Notes: generated by a model from the sequence alone, not told the origin. A stretch of DNA of 63,853 nt, filler included, from Reticulomyxa filosa (GCA_000512085.1; 21 parts of 21 records of this genome joined end to end with filler, not necessarily neighbours in it); one strand, 5' to 3'. Numbered from the whole stretch's first letter, positions 12,786 to 25,935 are shown. Translations and numbers: made by a program.

Positions 12786-13580
12786 CTATCCCCAAATACG
12801 AATCATACCCATACATGAACCGTAACACAAATTAATACCATAGCCAATATCAGCATTAATTTTTCTTTTTTTTTCATTCTTTTTTAATCGTAAAAACTTC
12901 AAACACATTATTCCTTCATCTTCATCACCTCCTTTGATCATATACAATTCATTTTTATTTGATCGAATATCCCAAAAACGAATTGTATTATCAATTGATC
13001 CAGAACATATCACATTTGAATTACCTATACTATTACTTATTACAAATGGTGAATATTCAACAGCATACACACTATTAGTATGTTCACTGAACAATTGAAT
13101 CTGTTCACCAGATCGAATATCCCACAAACGAACACTTCTATCTTCTGCTCCAGATAATATTGTATTTAGTAATTCATTTGATCCATATTTTGCACTCGTA
13201 ATCCAATCTTCATGTCCTTTGAATACATTCAATTGTTTTGTTGTTTCAATATCCCATATTCGAATGGTATTATCATGATCCAGAACAAATTGTATATCCA
13301 TTTCCACCAATCACACCAATATTATTCATTTTATTATTTTATTGCTTTGTAATGGCGAAATATCAACACAATCAATACTTCTTTCATGTCCATTGAAAAT
13401 ATGTAATGACTTTGATGTTTCAACATCCCATAAACGAATAGTACTATCACCAGATCCAGAACACAAATATCTGCACCATTAAACGGTGAAAATTCAATAC
13501 CACAAACACCATTAATGTGCCCATTGAATATTTGTAATTGCTTATTATTTTTGAAATCCCAAAAACGAATGGTTTTGTCA
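12786..13580 (-). pseudogene. WD40-repeat protein of the lineage-expanded family, frameshifted
   Basis: Repeated GH...SGSxDxTIRxWD units. At least three frame breaks (~13475 PFNG/GRYL, ~13335, ~13277 GS-TGA-DNTIR). The last is a 2-nt loss outside a homopolymer. Confidence 0.75.
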
Positions 13581-13841
13581 NNNNNNNNNNNNNNNNNNNN
13601 NNNNNNNNNNNNNNNNNNNNNNNNTTAATTAATTAANNNNNNNNNNNNNNNNNNNNNNNNNNNNNNNNNNNNNNNNNNNNTAATATATTAGTTTAATTAT
13701 ATGTTTATTTGTACTATTTGCCACCTCATTGCTAATTGTCACGCTTGTGAGCCTTTCGATTATCCTCTTGTTTTTCATAGTTGTATGTTTACCAAGCCTG
13801 CTTGTTTGCGCTTGTTGGTTGTCGTCATTACCTATTGTTCA

Positions 13842-14720
13842 TTAATGTGTTTTTGTATGGATGTTCATGTTACTTTGCCTATACTTTCCGCTAGCTTGCA
13901 TGTTGTCAACCATTTTATTCGTATCAATGCTCAAATCCATATTCAAATGGTTGCTTTCATTTCTTTGCATGTGATCGGTTCTGTCATTATTAGCATAATC
14001 GCTTTGGCCAACGTCCTTTCCGCTATACTTCAGGGGGTTATCTTTGTTACTTTTCCCAAAGCTCACGCCATTTCTCATGTTGCTATTTTCGCCACTCTTC
14101 AAATATCCGACGTTATTTTGCGAGTGATTGCCAGTATCGCTTTGACTATCGTTGTTCGAATGGTTACTTATGCCAGTTTGTCCATTGTTTCCACATTCGA
14201 GCGTATTATTTGGTAAACCGTTGTTCGATTTAGCTTGTATATGATCCTTCCCACTGACTTGCATGACGCCACTTCCTTCACTAATCAATTGGTACCATGC
14301 AGTATCTATCAAGCAATTATTCGTTTCACTATGTCTACTTTTTTTTGTGCTGGACAGGCTACTTTGTGGATGTTCACTTGCGACAATTTGATTGCGATCT
14401 TTTCCATCAATCTGCGAGTAGATGCCTTTTTTTCTTACGTTTCTAGTTTCGTGGCTTTGCAAGTAGTTGCTTTTTTTCTTTTGCGAGTAGTTGTTATTGT
14501 TGTCATTTTCGTGCCTTGCATCACTTAGCAAGTAGTTGTCATTTTTAACTTGCAAGTAGTTGTTTTTGGTGCTACACTCGCGTCTTGTATTGTTTTGCAA
14601 GTAGTTGTCATTGCTGCTATTCTCGCGCCTTGTATTGTTTTGCAAGTAGTTGCCTTCCTTTCCTTGCAAGTAGTTATGTATGATTTTCTCTTCGCAGCTC
14701 GCGCTGTGTTGTATGTTGCA
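13842..14720 (-). CDS. Hypothetical Asn/Ser-rich low-complexity protein with NYLQ repeats (5' truncated)
   Basis: Long open frame running to the contig edge; repeat spacings are multiples of 3. Confidence 0.5.
   Translation of the reverse strand, partial: CNIQHSASCEEKIIHNYLQGKEGNYLQNNTRRENSSNDNYLQNNTRRECSTKNNYLQVKNDNYLLSDARHENDNNNNYSQKKKSNYLQSHETRNVRKKGIYSQIDGKDRNQIVASEHPQSSLSSTKKSRHSETNNCLIDTAWYQLISEGSGVMQVSGKDHIQAKSNNGLPNNTLECGNNGQTGISNHSNNDSQSDTGNHSQNNVGYLKSGENSNMRNGVSFGKSNKDNPLKYSGKDVGQSDYANNDRTDHMQRNESNHLNMDLSIDTNKMVDNMQASGKYRQSNMNIHTKTH
14455..14680 (-). repeat. Coding tandem repeat, ~7 copies of a GCAAGTAGTTG core (NYLQ on the minus strand), 24/45-bp spacing
   Basis: Core seen at ~14459, 14483, 14528, 14552, 14597, 14642 and 14666. 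Confidence 0.75.
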
Positions 14721-15710
14721 NNNNNNNNNNNNNNNNNNNNNNNNNNNNNNNNNNNNNNNNNNNNTTAATTAATTAANNNNNNNNNNNNNNNNNNNNNNNN
14801 NNNNNNNNNNNNNNNNNNNNAGTGCCATTTAGGTATGGCGGTTTTTTTTGCAATCTATTGTATTGATAAAACCTTTTCAAAATATATTCACACAACACAG
14901 AGCCAGGACTTACACAACAATATTTTTATTACATATATATATTTTTCATTCTAAATCTTTAGTCATCGATTTTGATAAAAAAATTTACAACTTGAAAAAA
15001 AATCAATATACGTATGCAAATATATCAAGAAAAAAACGCGATTTGACATATGAAACAAAACTAGTTGAAATTATAATAATCAATTTCACAAGTGAGAATA
15101 CACTGCATTCAATCATTACATATGTAAGGCTAGTATAAAAATTCAATTACTTTTTCTTTGTTAATGTCTGGAACGTGTTCTATAACATATTTAATCAATT
15201 TTTCATTGATTTTAAATATCAATTGGCCACTTTCACATATTTCCAGAATTTTGTTCCTTTTGAGACTTGCTTTTTTTAAGGATGTCATTTACTTAGTATT
15301 TCACTAACATTTCTCAGGTTTTGAATAAGTGTGCCAAAAAAAAAGCAGAATGAATTGCATGAACCCACAAGAACATGAATCTCTTACATACACTTTTTAA
15401 AAATAAATCACATGACAAAAAAAGAACAAAACATAAACAAAAACAAACGGAAATAAAAAGCAAGCGAATAAACAAACAAAAAGAAAGACAATGATTAAAA
15501 GGTTTTGATTTTGGCTTTTGTTCAACTCCATTCCTTTTTTCATGATATTATTCAGGATGTGACTCCTCGTTAGGTAGTTTTCTGCATGCAACATGTCACT
15601 TTGTTCGGTGACTGAGTTTTCCTGTGGGACCTCTCCCGGAGTTCGTAGGAGAGTTCCTTGTAACAAAAACAGGACAGTTTCGCTTGAAAGTGTTTCCATT
15701 TCAAAACGAC

Positions 15711-18700
15711 ATGGCAGCGAAAGGTGAATTTAGAGAATGGTTGGTACAAAACGGCTTTGAAAACTATGCAGAACGAATTATCCAAAACGGAGGGGTAACA
15801 GACTTGGAGGATTTGAAGACATACATTGATGAAATTTGTGCTATGTTGGAGTTAACCGACGCAGAAAAAGATTCCTTCAGAGCTGTTGTCTGTGCAACAA
15901 ATACATCAGCTGCAATACAAGTTCAGTCTTTTTATTGTTTTTCCTTCTCTCTGTCCTTTGTTTTTGTACGTATTTTTTTTTACACAATACACTTTGGGGC
16001 GATCTTTGCTGTTGCCTGAAGAAATTTTGTGAGGAACATGCCATTATCGAGTTCAAAGATGCGCTTATTGAAGCAGGATATACCGATCCAAAGGAATTTT
16101 TGAGCAAGACGAAAAAGAGTCTGAATAAAATTGGTAAAGCAGTTGGAATGAGAGCAGAATCGTTGCGCAAATTTAAATCTGCGATTTTAACACAGCAAAA
16201 AATAGAATTTGAAGTTAATTCCTTGTTTATTATTTACTTATGCATTTCTTCTGTCAGGGAGTTACGCAAAAAAATTTTGGAGTGCAAGTGTTTTTCTTTT
16301 TCTTCTCCCCTTTTGCTTCTGTGTTTCACTAGAACTGGTGTCAAATCAATGGCTTTGGAAAATTTAGCCAGGCTTTGATGAGCCACGGTATACAAAGTAT
16401 CCACGACTTGGTGTTAAAGAGTGACTCCGAGTTAGATCAATTGTGCAAAAAGTGCGCAATAATAATAGGCTTTGCTCGTATGTTTCGATCCTCCGTGCAA
16501 GATTTGCAAAGACAGAACAAGAAGGAGACCGAGGAAGATACAGAAATTGATGTAGAAAGTTCAACAGAAAGTGAAGAAGAAAAGGAGGATACAATGCAAG
16601 TATTGCAAAAAGGAGAGATGGAATTAAATATTCAAAATGGTTTGAAAAATATTGGGAGTTGGTTGTCGAAAATGCAGGACACTCAACAAAAGTATTGTCA
16701 ACTAAAATTGGAAGACACCTTGCACCACCTGAAGAGCGAAAACATGGAAGAATATTTGAGTAACTTGAACTCTGTTTTAGGAGACATGAAAACGCAAAGG
16801 TATGTACAAACAAGAGCAAAGCAAAGGGGGGGTAATCTTAATTGTTTTCTGACGTTTTAATTAAGAATAATCTGACTTGATTGGGATTGGGGTGGGGGAG
16901 TATAGTCCAGAGGAATTTGAAGTCGAGTGTATTTTCCTTGGTTTATGTGGATTTAAAGTGATGGAAGTCTTGAGAGATGTTGAAGAAAAAAAGGAAGAAA
17001 AGCAAAAGAAAGAGTTTGAAATTTGTGGGAGTTTGGACACAGATGCAGTGTCATTTATGCAAAAAAAGTTATACTTGATCGAACAGACATTGATAACGAT
17101 AAGTGAAAACAAAGCTAAAGCCGACATGGATCATGTCAATGATATGTTTGGCAATACGTTGGAACGACTGTTGCAAACTTTAGAGGTCGATTTACGTAGG
17201 TTCAATAATGAACAAAATCGAGGTCAAATCTATCGACACGCAAGTGGGTTTTATGACGATCAGTTCATTGTATTCACGTTGCAGCAGTTCATAACCGAGG
17301 TCCAGGACAATGTATTGGCTTCCAAGCCTGTGCTGGATTCCAATCATTTGGAAAAATTTGTCAATTTTATCGGAGGCAAGTCCACCATTTCCACTGAGAG
17401 TGCCTCCAAAATTAATATCGACGAATTGAGGCACTTGAAAGTTCATCCCGTTGGATTGTTTGGCACAAAAGAAGAAGTGATATGGCAATTGGAAACATTG
17501 AATTGCATATCCAAACCTATTAAAGATATGTTAGGTGGCGAAAAAAGTAAGGATTATCTTCACACGGGTGTGTATGCTATTATCAATTTGAGCGACTCGT
17601 TTTTAAAGCTAAAGAAGGCTCCAACAGAATTGGAACAGATGTCCAAGTCAAACTGCACAGATATCGTGTTGTTTTTTTGGCCTGACGCAGATTCATTCAC
17701 AGATATTAAACGGGATAATGCTGCTTCTCTTTTTTTGAGAGTGTTACTGGAAATTTGTCCGACCGTGTGCATGAAGATTTCAGAAAAAGAATTAGATAAT
17801 TTTTATGTGGACAAACAAGTAATATACCGAGAAGAACAGAGCATGGGGGGCGGTATTCAAGCAACAATCAAAGAAGAGCAAAAAAATGATGTATCTTATA
17901 ATGTCGAAAAAATGCAATCATTTCCAATTGAGAAAGAAAGAAAGCAAGATGACTCAGATGCAAGTGTAGTCTCAAAAGGGGCCTTCGTGGTCGAAGGAGC
18001 GCAATCCACCATCATATGTCATCACTCCACTCACAAAAATGTAATTAAACAAAAGTCAATGGATTTCACACTTCCAAGCAAAGAATTATTGATCGTTTAC
18101 ATTAAAAAAATTACGCAAACGTATCGGTTAATACTTCATGATGGCGCATTTGGCACATGGAAAAAAGCGTCTATTTTTGCAGAAGCCATTTGCCCTGAGT
18201 TGATCGAAGTTCAAAAACTGCTTCTTAATTTTGTATAGTACTTTACAATTTCTTCTTGTTTATATACTTTTTGTTTGTTGTTGGTAAATTGATTAGCAAT
18301 TCAACAAAAACTTACATTTTATCAGCGAAGAGCATAAAAAGCAAATTAACGCAGTGCACTCAACAATACAAGAACAACACAAGTCACAATTATTGGAGCT
18401 GAAAGTTAATTATAGCAAATTTTTTGCCTACAGATGCAGGTACACAAGTCTCGCAGAGATAAAAAGGATAGCAAAAGAACTACCAGCTGAAAAAGTCAAC
18501 AGTTTTTTTTCCGCCAATTATGATAACATTACTTTGAAAAGAAATTTTGAAAATGGTGTCAAAGCCTTGTCTGAATGTATTCCAAACGAAGTGGCTTATC
18601 ATTCCTTTTGGCATAAAAATTTTGGAAACCTGGTCGAAGAGATGGAGGCATTGTACAGAAATTACGAGAAAAAGCTTGGTCTAGTCCCCGAGTTGGTAAA

Positions 18701-20016
18701 GAAGCAATTAGAAAAGGAAAAAAAAATAAACAAAAAATAAAAGGAAAAAAAGAAAAGGAAATGACAAAAGAAAACCCAACACCGAATAAAAAAAAGATAA
18801 TCAACAACAGTCCAATGAAAGCAATTCAACATTCAAGAGTTCACAAGGCGAGACTAGCATTTTGGCTTCGTTCTTGAAAGTTACTATGAGTTTGCTAAGC
18901 GGCGAAACTCAGATGACAGAAGAAGAGAAACAAGAAATCGAAACTAGACTGGCCCGATATGATTACACGCCATTGCAAATAAAATTCATAGCAGAATTTG
19001 GTCGAATCTATGATAAGTACGAGCAGATGTTCATTGATATTAATCCAATCAAACCTGTCTTATCTCAAGAAGAAGGATTGAAGGAAACATACAACAGCAA
19101 TCGAAAAAGACAAGAATTGGAATTGAACAAAATATATTTGCAAAAATTGGACCAAAAAATGGACAATGGTTGTTCCTTGACTTGTAGGATTGAAAATTAC
19201 CAAGACAATAAGATTAGTGTGAGTATTAACACAAGATTGAAGTCCATTCGATACTTGACTTTTACATTTGGTAATTTTACTGCAAAAAATCCGAAGTCGG
19301 GACATTTGGTGTTGAAACAAGCGACCCAAAAAAAGAAAGAATTTGAAATTCATGGCAATGAGGAATTGGTATTTGCGTATGGGCTATCTAACAATGAAAT
19401 GGTATTAGTGGTTTCCATTGACAATAATGTATCCAATATATTGTCAGTGGACCAAGAAATGAACAAAGAAGAAAAATACGGTATTGATGATGAAAATTCA
19501 AGCAAACAAGATATGTGGAGTGAAAAATATAATAAACACTGCATCACCCAAATTTTTTTATCCTCAGGACAAACATTAAGTAAAAAGGTAACAAGAGAAT
19601 TAAAAGGCAAAATGACATTAGGCGCTTTGAGCGAGCAGAAGCATTACATGGTGTTATATGAACGATCACGACAATGCATTTATGTATACAATTGGAAAGA
19701 GCGAATTGCAAATTCTTTGGAACAATTAAAAAACAAAACCATCAACTTGGATGAACTTGAATTCCCCGATGGCTTTTATGTGGTGAGTATGTGTTTTGAC
19801 AATCAAGACGACAGTTTATATATTTTGGATAGCACAAATACAATTCGTTGCATTGATTTGGATTCTGGTCTGTTTGATCATGAGCGAGAAATTGTTTGTA
19901 AAGAGCGATATTCCAAAGTAATGACAACATTGGAAGGAGGATATATTGTCGGAATCAAGCCTTATAAACAAGAAGAAGAAAAAAAAGAATTTTTAACGGC
20001 ACAAGCGCAAGTGCAA
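15711..20016 (+). CDS. Large protein with three N-terminal SAM-like domains, a conserved unknown domain and a beta-rich region (3' truncated)
   Basis: SAM-like units FREWLVQNGFENYAERIIQNGGVTDLEDL, LKKFCEEHAIIEFKDALIEAGYTD and NWCQINGFGKFSQALMSHGIQSIHDLVLKSDSELDQL, then long exons (16877-18238, 18354-18740, 18862-20016). Confidence 0.7.
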
Positions 20017-20317
20017 NNNNNNNNNNNNNNNNNNNNNNNNNNNNNNNNNNNNNNNNNNNNTTAATTAATTAANNNNNNNNNNNNNNNNNNNNNNNNNNNN
20101 NNNNNNNNNNNNNNNNTTTTTTTTTTTTTTTAAAAATGAAAAATTTTCAATTTGTGATTGTTTATAGGGTCCAAGAATCAAAAAAAAAGATTGTAAAGTT
20201 TTTATTTTTGTATATTATATATTTTTTGTTGTGTTTGAGATGAGAGGGATAGGAAAAATTTGTGGGGAAAAATATAATGGAAAAAAATGGGTGGGAAAAG
20301 AAAATGAATGGAAAAGG

Positions 20318-20490
20318 AGGGGAAAAATTTTATTTAAGAAAATGAATAAAAAGGGGAAAAAAATTTTATTTAAGAAAATAAATGAAAAGGGGGAGAAAAA
20401 ATTTTTATTTAAGAAGATTGATCAAAAAGGGGGAAAACATTTTATTTAAATAAATGATGGAAAAATTTTTATTTAAGAAAATGATGAATG
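20318..20490 (+). repeat. Degenerate ~36-bp minisatellite (GGGGAAAAATTTTATTTAAGAAAATGAATAAAAA), ~5 copies
   Basis: TTTTATTTAA(G)AAA core repeated five times near the contig start. Confidence 0.6.
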
Positions 20491-20629
20491 AAAAATAAAA
20501 AAGAAATGAAAAATTTGAAAAATAAAATTAAAAAAAAGACAACGTGAAAAAAAAAAAATTGAAAAGATATTAAAAGAAAAAAAAAAGATATAAAAAAGAT
20601 AAAAAAAAGTTAACAAAATTGGAAAAAAA

Positions 20630-21600
20630 AACGGGAAATTGCTCAAAAACATGTGTCGCTGGAAGAATAGTTCAAAACGAAGTGGTAAGTTGTTTTATTA
20701 TATGTTTGTCTGTGTTTATATGAACTAGACTGGTTGTATTGTAATATTGTTTGATTAGACTGGTCGACAGCAGAAAACACAAATAGCGAAACGAAAGACG
20801 ACAGAATTGACTCCAGAGCAAAAACTCTTAGTTCAAATTGATGCAAGGAACTTTGGCGCAAAAGCGCGCAGAACATGGCTGACATTTATCGAAGCCTTAA
20901 CATGGCACCACTGAAGATATGCGTCACAAATTGTTATATGTGTTGGGGTTAGCCAAGTTTTTGCAACATTGTGGTGTCGCAACGGCAGTGGCGACTAGAT
21001 TGACCGAAAAAGTGGAGGGCGAGGAAGATTAGAACACGGAGGCCGTTAGAAAGTATTCAACATGGAATCGAGCAAACCACAATATCGGGATAACCGTTCC
21101 ACGTGAGATTAGCTCAACTCGGTGGAAGAGTTATGAAAAACTTTCGTCAAGACACCAGTAGGCAAGAAGAGTAAGATTAGGAGAAGAAGGAGAATGATGA
21201 TAAAAAAAAGAAAAAGAATACCAAGTCCGTATTGCGTTGGATTTTTTTGAAAAAAAAAAAAAAAAAACAATAGTCGCTGGCTTTATTGAATTTGGATAAA
21301 ATTGTTCTTAATATCCGAAAAGCGCAAATTCGCCACTCGCGAGCGTCTCCTAACTTCCCATACTGCGCCCCAATAGAAAAATGCTGGTCAGTGGCAATTC
21401 AAACAATTGGGAAAGGACGTTTACAATCAATATAGTCTCACAAACGTCACTACTGATAATTGTTAGCGCGGCAAAGTACCAAAGGTTGCGTCGAAATGCA
21501 GTCAACTGGCACCAATAAACAAGGAACACTCGGTCATTATGGAAATTGCTCTAATTTTTTTTAACGCAGAGATTGAGCACTCGTTCCAAAAGTGGTCGTA
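20630..21600 (+). pseudogene. Degraded or low-quality coding sequence of unknown function
   Basis: Higher-GC exon-like blocks with a GTAAGT..TTAG intron (20686-20758). Reads TELTPEQKLLVQIDARNFGAKARRTWLTFIEAL / HGTTEDMRHKLLYVLGLAKFLQHCG, but with several frameshifts and stops. Confidence 0.35.
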
Positions 21601-21886
21601 TGTGTGCGCAAATTCGCAATTTAGATTTTGAATCGTGAAAAAAGATAGAGAGAGATAGAGAGAGAACTGATCGCATTTTCCGACTCCATCGGTGGCAAGA
21701 GTTGTTTGCCTTACGTTCGGCAAAGATGATATACGTTTCTTCGACAAACTNNNNNNNNNNNNNNNNNNNNNNNNNNNNNNNNNNNNNNNNNNNNTTAATT
21801 AATTAANNNNNNNNNNNNNNNNNNNNNNNNNNNNNNNNNNNNNNNNNNNNTATAAGTGCAAAAAAAAAAAAAAAAAACATGATTAG

Positions 21887-22515
21887 GACGCAAGTCAAAA
21901 AATGTAAAAGTGGTTTCTCAAAGACCACCAGTTGCAACCAAAAAGACCCGTCATGTTAAAGTGATCCGTTCCACTCGAGCCCGTGATAAAAAAAAATCAG
22001 AGCGTAATCAAGCACAAAAACAATCCAATAATTTGAATGCCCCTACTACTCCAGGAGGAAGCACTGCTTTACCGCCATCCACAACAATCGCCAGAAATAG
22101 TAGTTTGACCAATCAATTTGTTGATAAACGACCCAAATATCAAATTGAACTATTTGATGGAGAAAAATGGCAAACTGTGGCTGAAAATGTATTGTTGGCA
22201 TTTGCCAATCATAAAAACAAGGAACTACTTAGTCCTGGTACTACTGTTGGAACCAATAGCTTTAGTGAGGAAAAAGGTGACGACAAAGTTAATGTAAATG
22301 ACAGCAATGACATGGCCAATGTAATTTCCATTAGTACCAAAAAAAATGAAAGTGATCTCTCGTTCTCTTCACTAAATGATAACGATAATCCAGAAAAGAG
22401 ACGGAATAGTGTCACTACACCTCCAAATGTCACTAGTGGAGGCACTGGACTCCATCAAATTCTTTCGAGTGGCACAATTCGGACAATGCTTGGATGTTCT
22501 CTGCTCTTGTTATAG
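21887..22515 (+). CDS. Hypothetical protein, 3' exon (Ser/Thr/Asn-rich)
   Basis: ~200-codon open frame after an AG acceptor at 21886; no recognisable domain. Confidence 0.5.
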
Positions 22516-23017
22516 CAAGAAATCGTGATGTAGGGAGTTTTTAAGAGGTCAAATGTTAATATTTTTTTTGGGGTTTCAATAATGACTTTTTTTGATGTTT
22601 GTGAAATGAAATCTGCATTTTTATGATTTTTGACTATTTCTTGTGAAAATTGCCAAAAAATTGACAACTTTCAGAACAAAAAATTCTATCGCACGATTTT
22701 TGGTAAACAAATCAGTCAATTTATCCAAACGCAAAATTTGAAAAAATGAACGGAGAAACATCGATGATGTACACGAGTTAACTTTGGTGAACAAACGGCA
22801 ACAAAATAAAATAAGATTCGTTGCACATGAACACAAAAAAAAAAACAAACAAACGACTGACTCACCATTTTTAACAATACAAACAAAAAAAATTTTTGTT
22901 GATTAAAGGAGAATGCCTCTTTTTTTAATATACTTGCTTATATGTTCTTCATCAGCCTCAAATTTTACAAGGCCGTGGCGTTTTTCTTTTCCAAAAAAAG
23001 AGTCATTTTAAAATATT

Positions 23018-24009
23018 TTACGTGCGATTTAACATTTGACTTTTTTGTATTGACTTGCGTTGTTGACTTTTGTTATCGATGTGGATCTCCTCCACGATGG
23101 TAAATTTTTGCTTGATTTCCATTCCATCTTTATTGTCGGATTCGTGATTTTCGATGTCAGTGGCAGCAGCATCGTCCTTTTCTTCTTCAATGGATTTCAA
23201 CTTGGGTTCACGTGATGTAATTCTTGGATTTTTCCTTTCTTTGTGCTTTGTCTTGTTTTTCGTCTTTGATTTATCTTTGCTTACATCTTCAACGGTAGAA
23301 GCAATTGACACCTCTTCCGTCTTTTCGTTCGATAGTGCATTGCTTACATCACTTTCTTGACTCGCGTTTGAGGTTAGATTTGTTGTAGGAGGTTCTTTGT
23401 GAATGCTTTTCCAGTATTCCAAATTGCTTTGCAACGTATCAAAGCATTCCTTGGCATCGACGCACAAGCTGGTAAAACTTTCAAAAAAGGGAATAATCAC
23501 AAACTGCAAAAAGCCAATTTGAACTTTGGCTATTTGTGCCGTGGATGAATGGCGATCCATCATTGGAGTTACTGGGATTCCAAATTCGCGTTCTTTGTCA
23601 CCCTGGCCAGCACAACCAATGTCCATTGTTATCAACATTCGAACAAAACAAAAAAAAAAAAAAAAGGAAAAACCTGACAATAAAATTCGTCCATGACTCG
23701 ACGAGCCCACATTTTGGCAATGTTCAAAGGTTTTGCAGGATTAGACACATCAGCCAAATGAACAACAATTTCCAACAAGAAAAAGCGTTCATTGAGAATA
23801 CCATCTACACGCAAAGGTGGATTTTCGCATACTACATCTTCAACAATGGCCTGGTTCGGATGCAACAGTAAAAAACCATCGTTTTCAATTTGCGACAAAT
23901 CGGCCAAAGGCGGACAGTCAGCCAAGCGATAAAGAGGCGCCAGACACAATTTATCATACAAGTCCATTTCATTGTTATTAATGTCTGTCGTCGCGGCTGA
24001 TCTAAACAT
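23018..24009 (-). CDS. Class I 3',5'-cyclic nucleotide phosphodiesterase, C-terminal part of catalytic domain
   Basis: HLADVSNPAKPLNIAKMWARRVMDEFYCQ|GDKEREFGIPVTPMMDR...QIGFLQFVIIPFF across a GT-AG intron; 5' truncated. Confidence 0.9.
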
Positions 24010-25935
24010 TGCAATACAAAAAAANNNNNNNNNNNNNNNNNNNNNNNNNNNNNNNNNNNNNNNNNNNNTTAATTAATTAANNNNNNNNNNNNNNNNNNNN
24101 NNNNNNNNNNNNNNNNNNNNNNNNTATGGAAAATGTACAATAATGTGATAAATGCTTGCTTTGTTATAAATTTATGTTTATTTTCCAATTTGAAAATTAT
24201 TATCATTATTTAATGTTGAAATAAACCAAACAACGACAGTGGGAATCTTTTTAGATCTGCGGTAATTTCAAACAAATAGCAAACAATCTAGTTGAACTAC
24301 ACTGTTCTAAACACAAACATATGAGTCATCAGTTACTGCATTTTTTCCTTGTCAATCGATCTTTTAAAAAAAACAAAGTTATGTGAACGCACAAATATTT
24401 GAACCAAAGTCTGTCTAGCTTTTGTGAAGTAGTTTTTGAAAAAAACATTTCTTTTACCAAATTGCACAACAATAATTAACAATAAAACGGAAAATACACT
24501 TGGTTTTCTTTTTTAAAAAAGTAATTTCTATTTCAAAAATTTTACGTATTTATGTACAAACAAAGTATATCTCAAAAAGGGAAGAACGCATTACATTAAC
24601 AAATGTTTTTTTTAAAATTAATTGGCTCATACATAAACGCACAAGACTACATTTTTTTATTAGTCTCATGCAAACAATATCAATTTTCAGTCCCTTTCGC
24701 ATGGGAATAAAACAAAAACAATAATCATTTTTCCAAAATTTGTTCGATATTATTCAGGCAAAAATTTTCTAACAATATCAAATTATAATTACTCTTTCTA
24801 TCAAGTAAAGTCTTTTTTAAATTAAAGTGGAAAAAATAAAAGTTAGTTTTTCCTTGAAATTTCACGAGTTTATTGCTTGTATGATCACAATTTATTTCAC
24901 ATTGACAGTTTTATACCAAAATTGCAAGTCCTCTTTCAACGCTCCATTTTAGAGTTTTGTTCTTTTGTTTTGAATGACACTTTTTTTTATAACTTGTCTT
25001 TAGTATATTATTTTTTTTTCTAACATTTTGTTATCCTTTTTCAGCTTCTCAAGGCCAACGCATTTTCGTCACTCTTTTCGCAAATAAATATCTTTAAGAA
25101 TTGCTACTGTAAAATATCCAGATAATTGCTCGTCAAACACTTCACCTTCTTTCCAACTCTTGAGCAAATTTTTTAGTCAGTTTCAGTTCATGTTCGCTGT
25201 CTTTTGTATTAGAGATTATAATAGCCAGGCTTGTAGTTGTTTGTGCGGTCGGAGTATAGATACTAGATCCGTTTTGGTTTAATCTTGGATCTTGTGTCAT
25301 TTTCTGTTATCTTCTATCATTTACTCATATTATGATGTATTTCAATCCAACTATTTAAAAAAAAGAATTTTGGTTTCGTTCAAAGAGGTCGCACCCCTTA
25401 ACTAAAATCACAATATCAACAAAAAATTCTGTTTTATTTTTACACCCAGCGAGTATGCTTTAATTTACACTCCTTATAAAATTAATTTATAACAATGAAT
25501 GAACACTTATTGGTTTTTGAACTTTGTAGATCTTTTTTTTTTATTCAAGGCATCATAACTTTGCACGTCAGTGGGTTAGACTTTAGAGCGATTGTAAAAA
25601 AAGACAAAAAAAAAAGGCTGGAGCAGTTCGCATCACGCAATGTACAAAGGGTCTCGCAGTGCCGAAAAAAGAATTCGCAATAACTATGGTACGATGGCAG
25701 TCACTAAGAGATTGATGGAACACGTATGTAAATTAAATAAAGATGGACAAATATGATTAAACTACTACCAAATCCGCGCTATCGCGACTCAATAACTCCT
25801 TCCCATTTGCGAGAANNNNNNNNNNNNNNNNNNNNNNNNNNNNNNNNNNNNNNNNNNNNTTAATTAATTAANNNNNNNNNNNNNNNNNNNNNNNNNNNNN
25901 NNNNNNNNNNNNNNNATATATATATATATAATATT

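Noticed and set aside
14455-14680. CRISPR-like repeat-spacer array
   Set aside because: The 11-bp core, related 'spacers' and spacing in multiples of 3 inside an ORF indicate a coding repeat; no cas genes; eukaryotic DNA.
20820-21040. In-frame TGA/TAG as selenocysteine or stop-codon reassignment
   Set aside because: An alternative frame is open across the TGA and the contig has many indels; intact genes in the window end normally with TAA, TAG and TGA.
25020-25815. Coding-like remnants (minus strand ~25020-25300; ankyrin-like GWSSSHHAMYKG at ~25617-25722)
   Set aside because: Short, interrupted by stops and frameshifts, and not assignable to a family with confidence.
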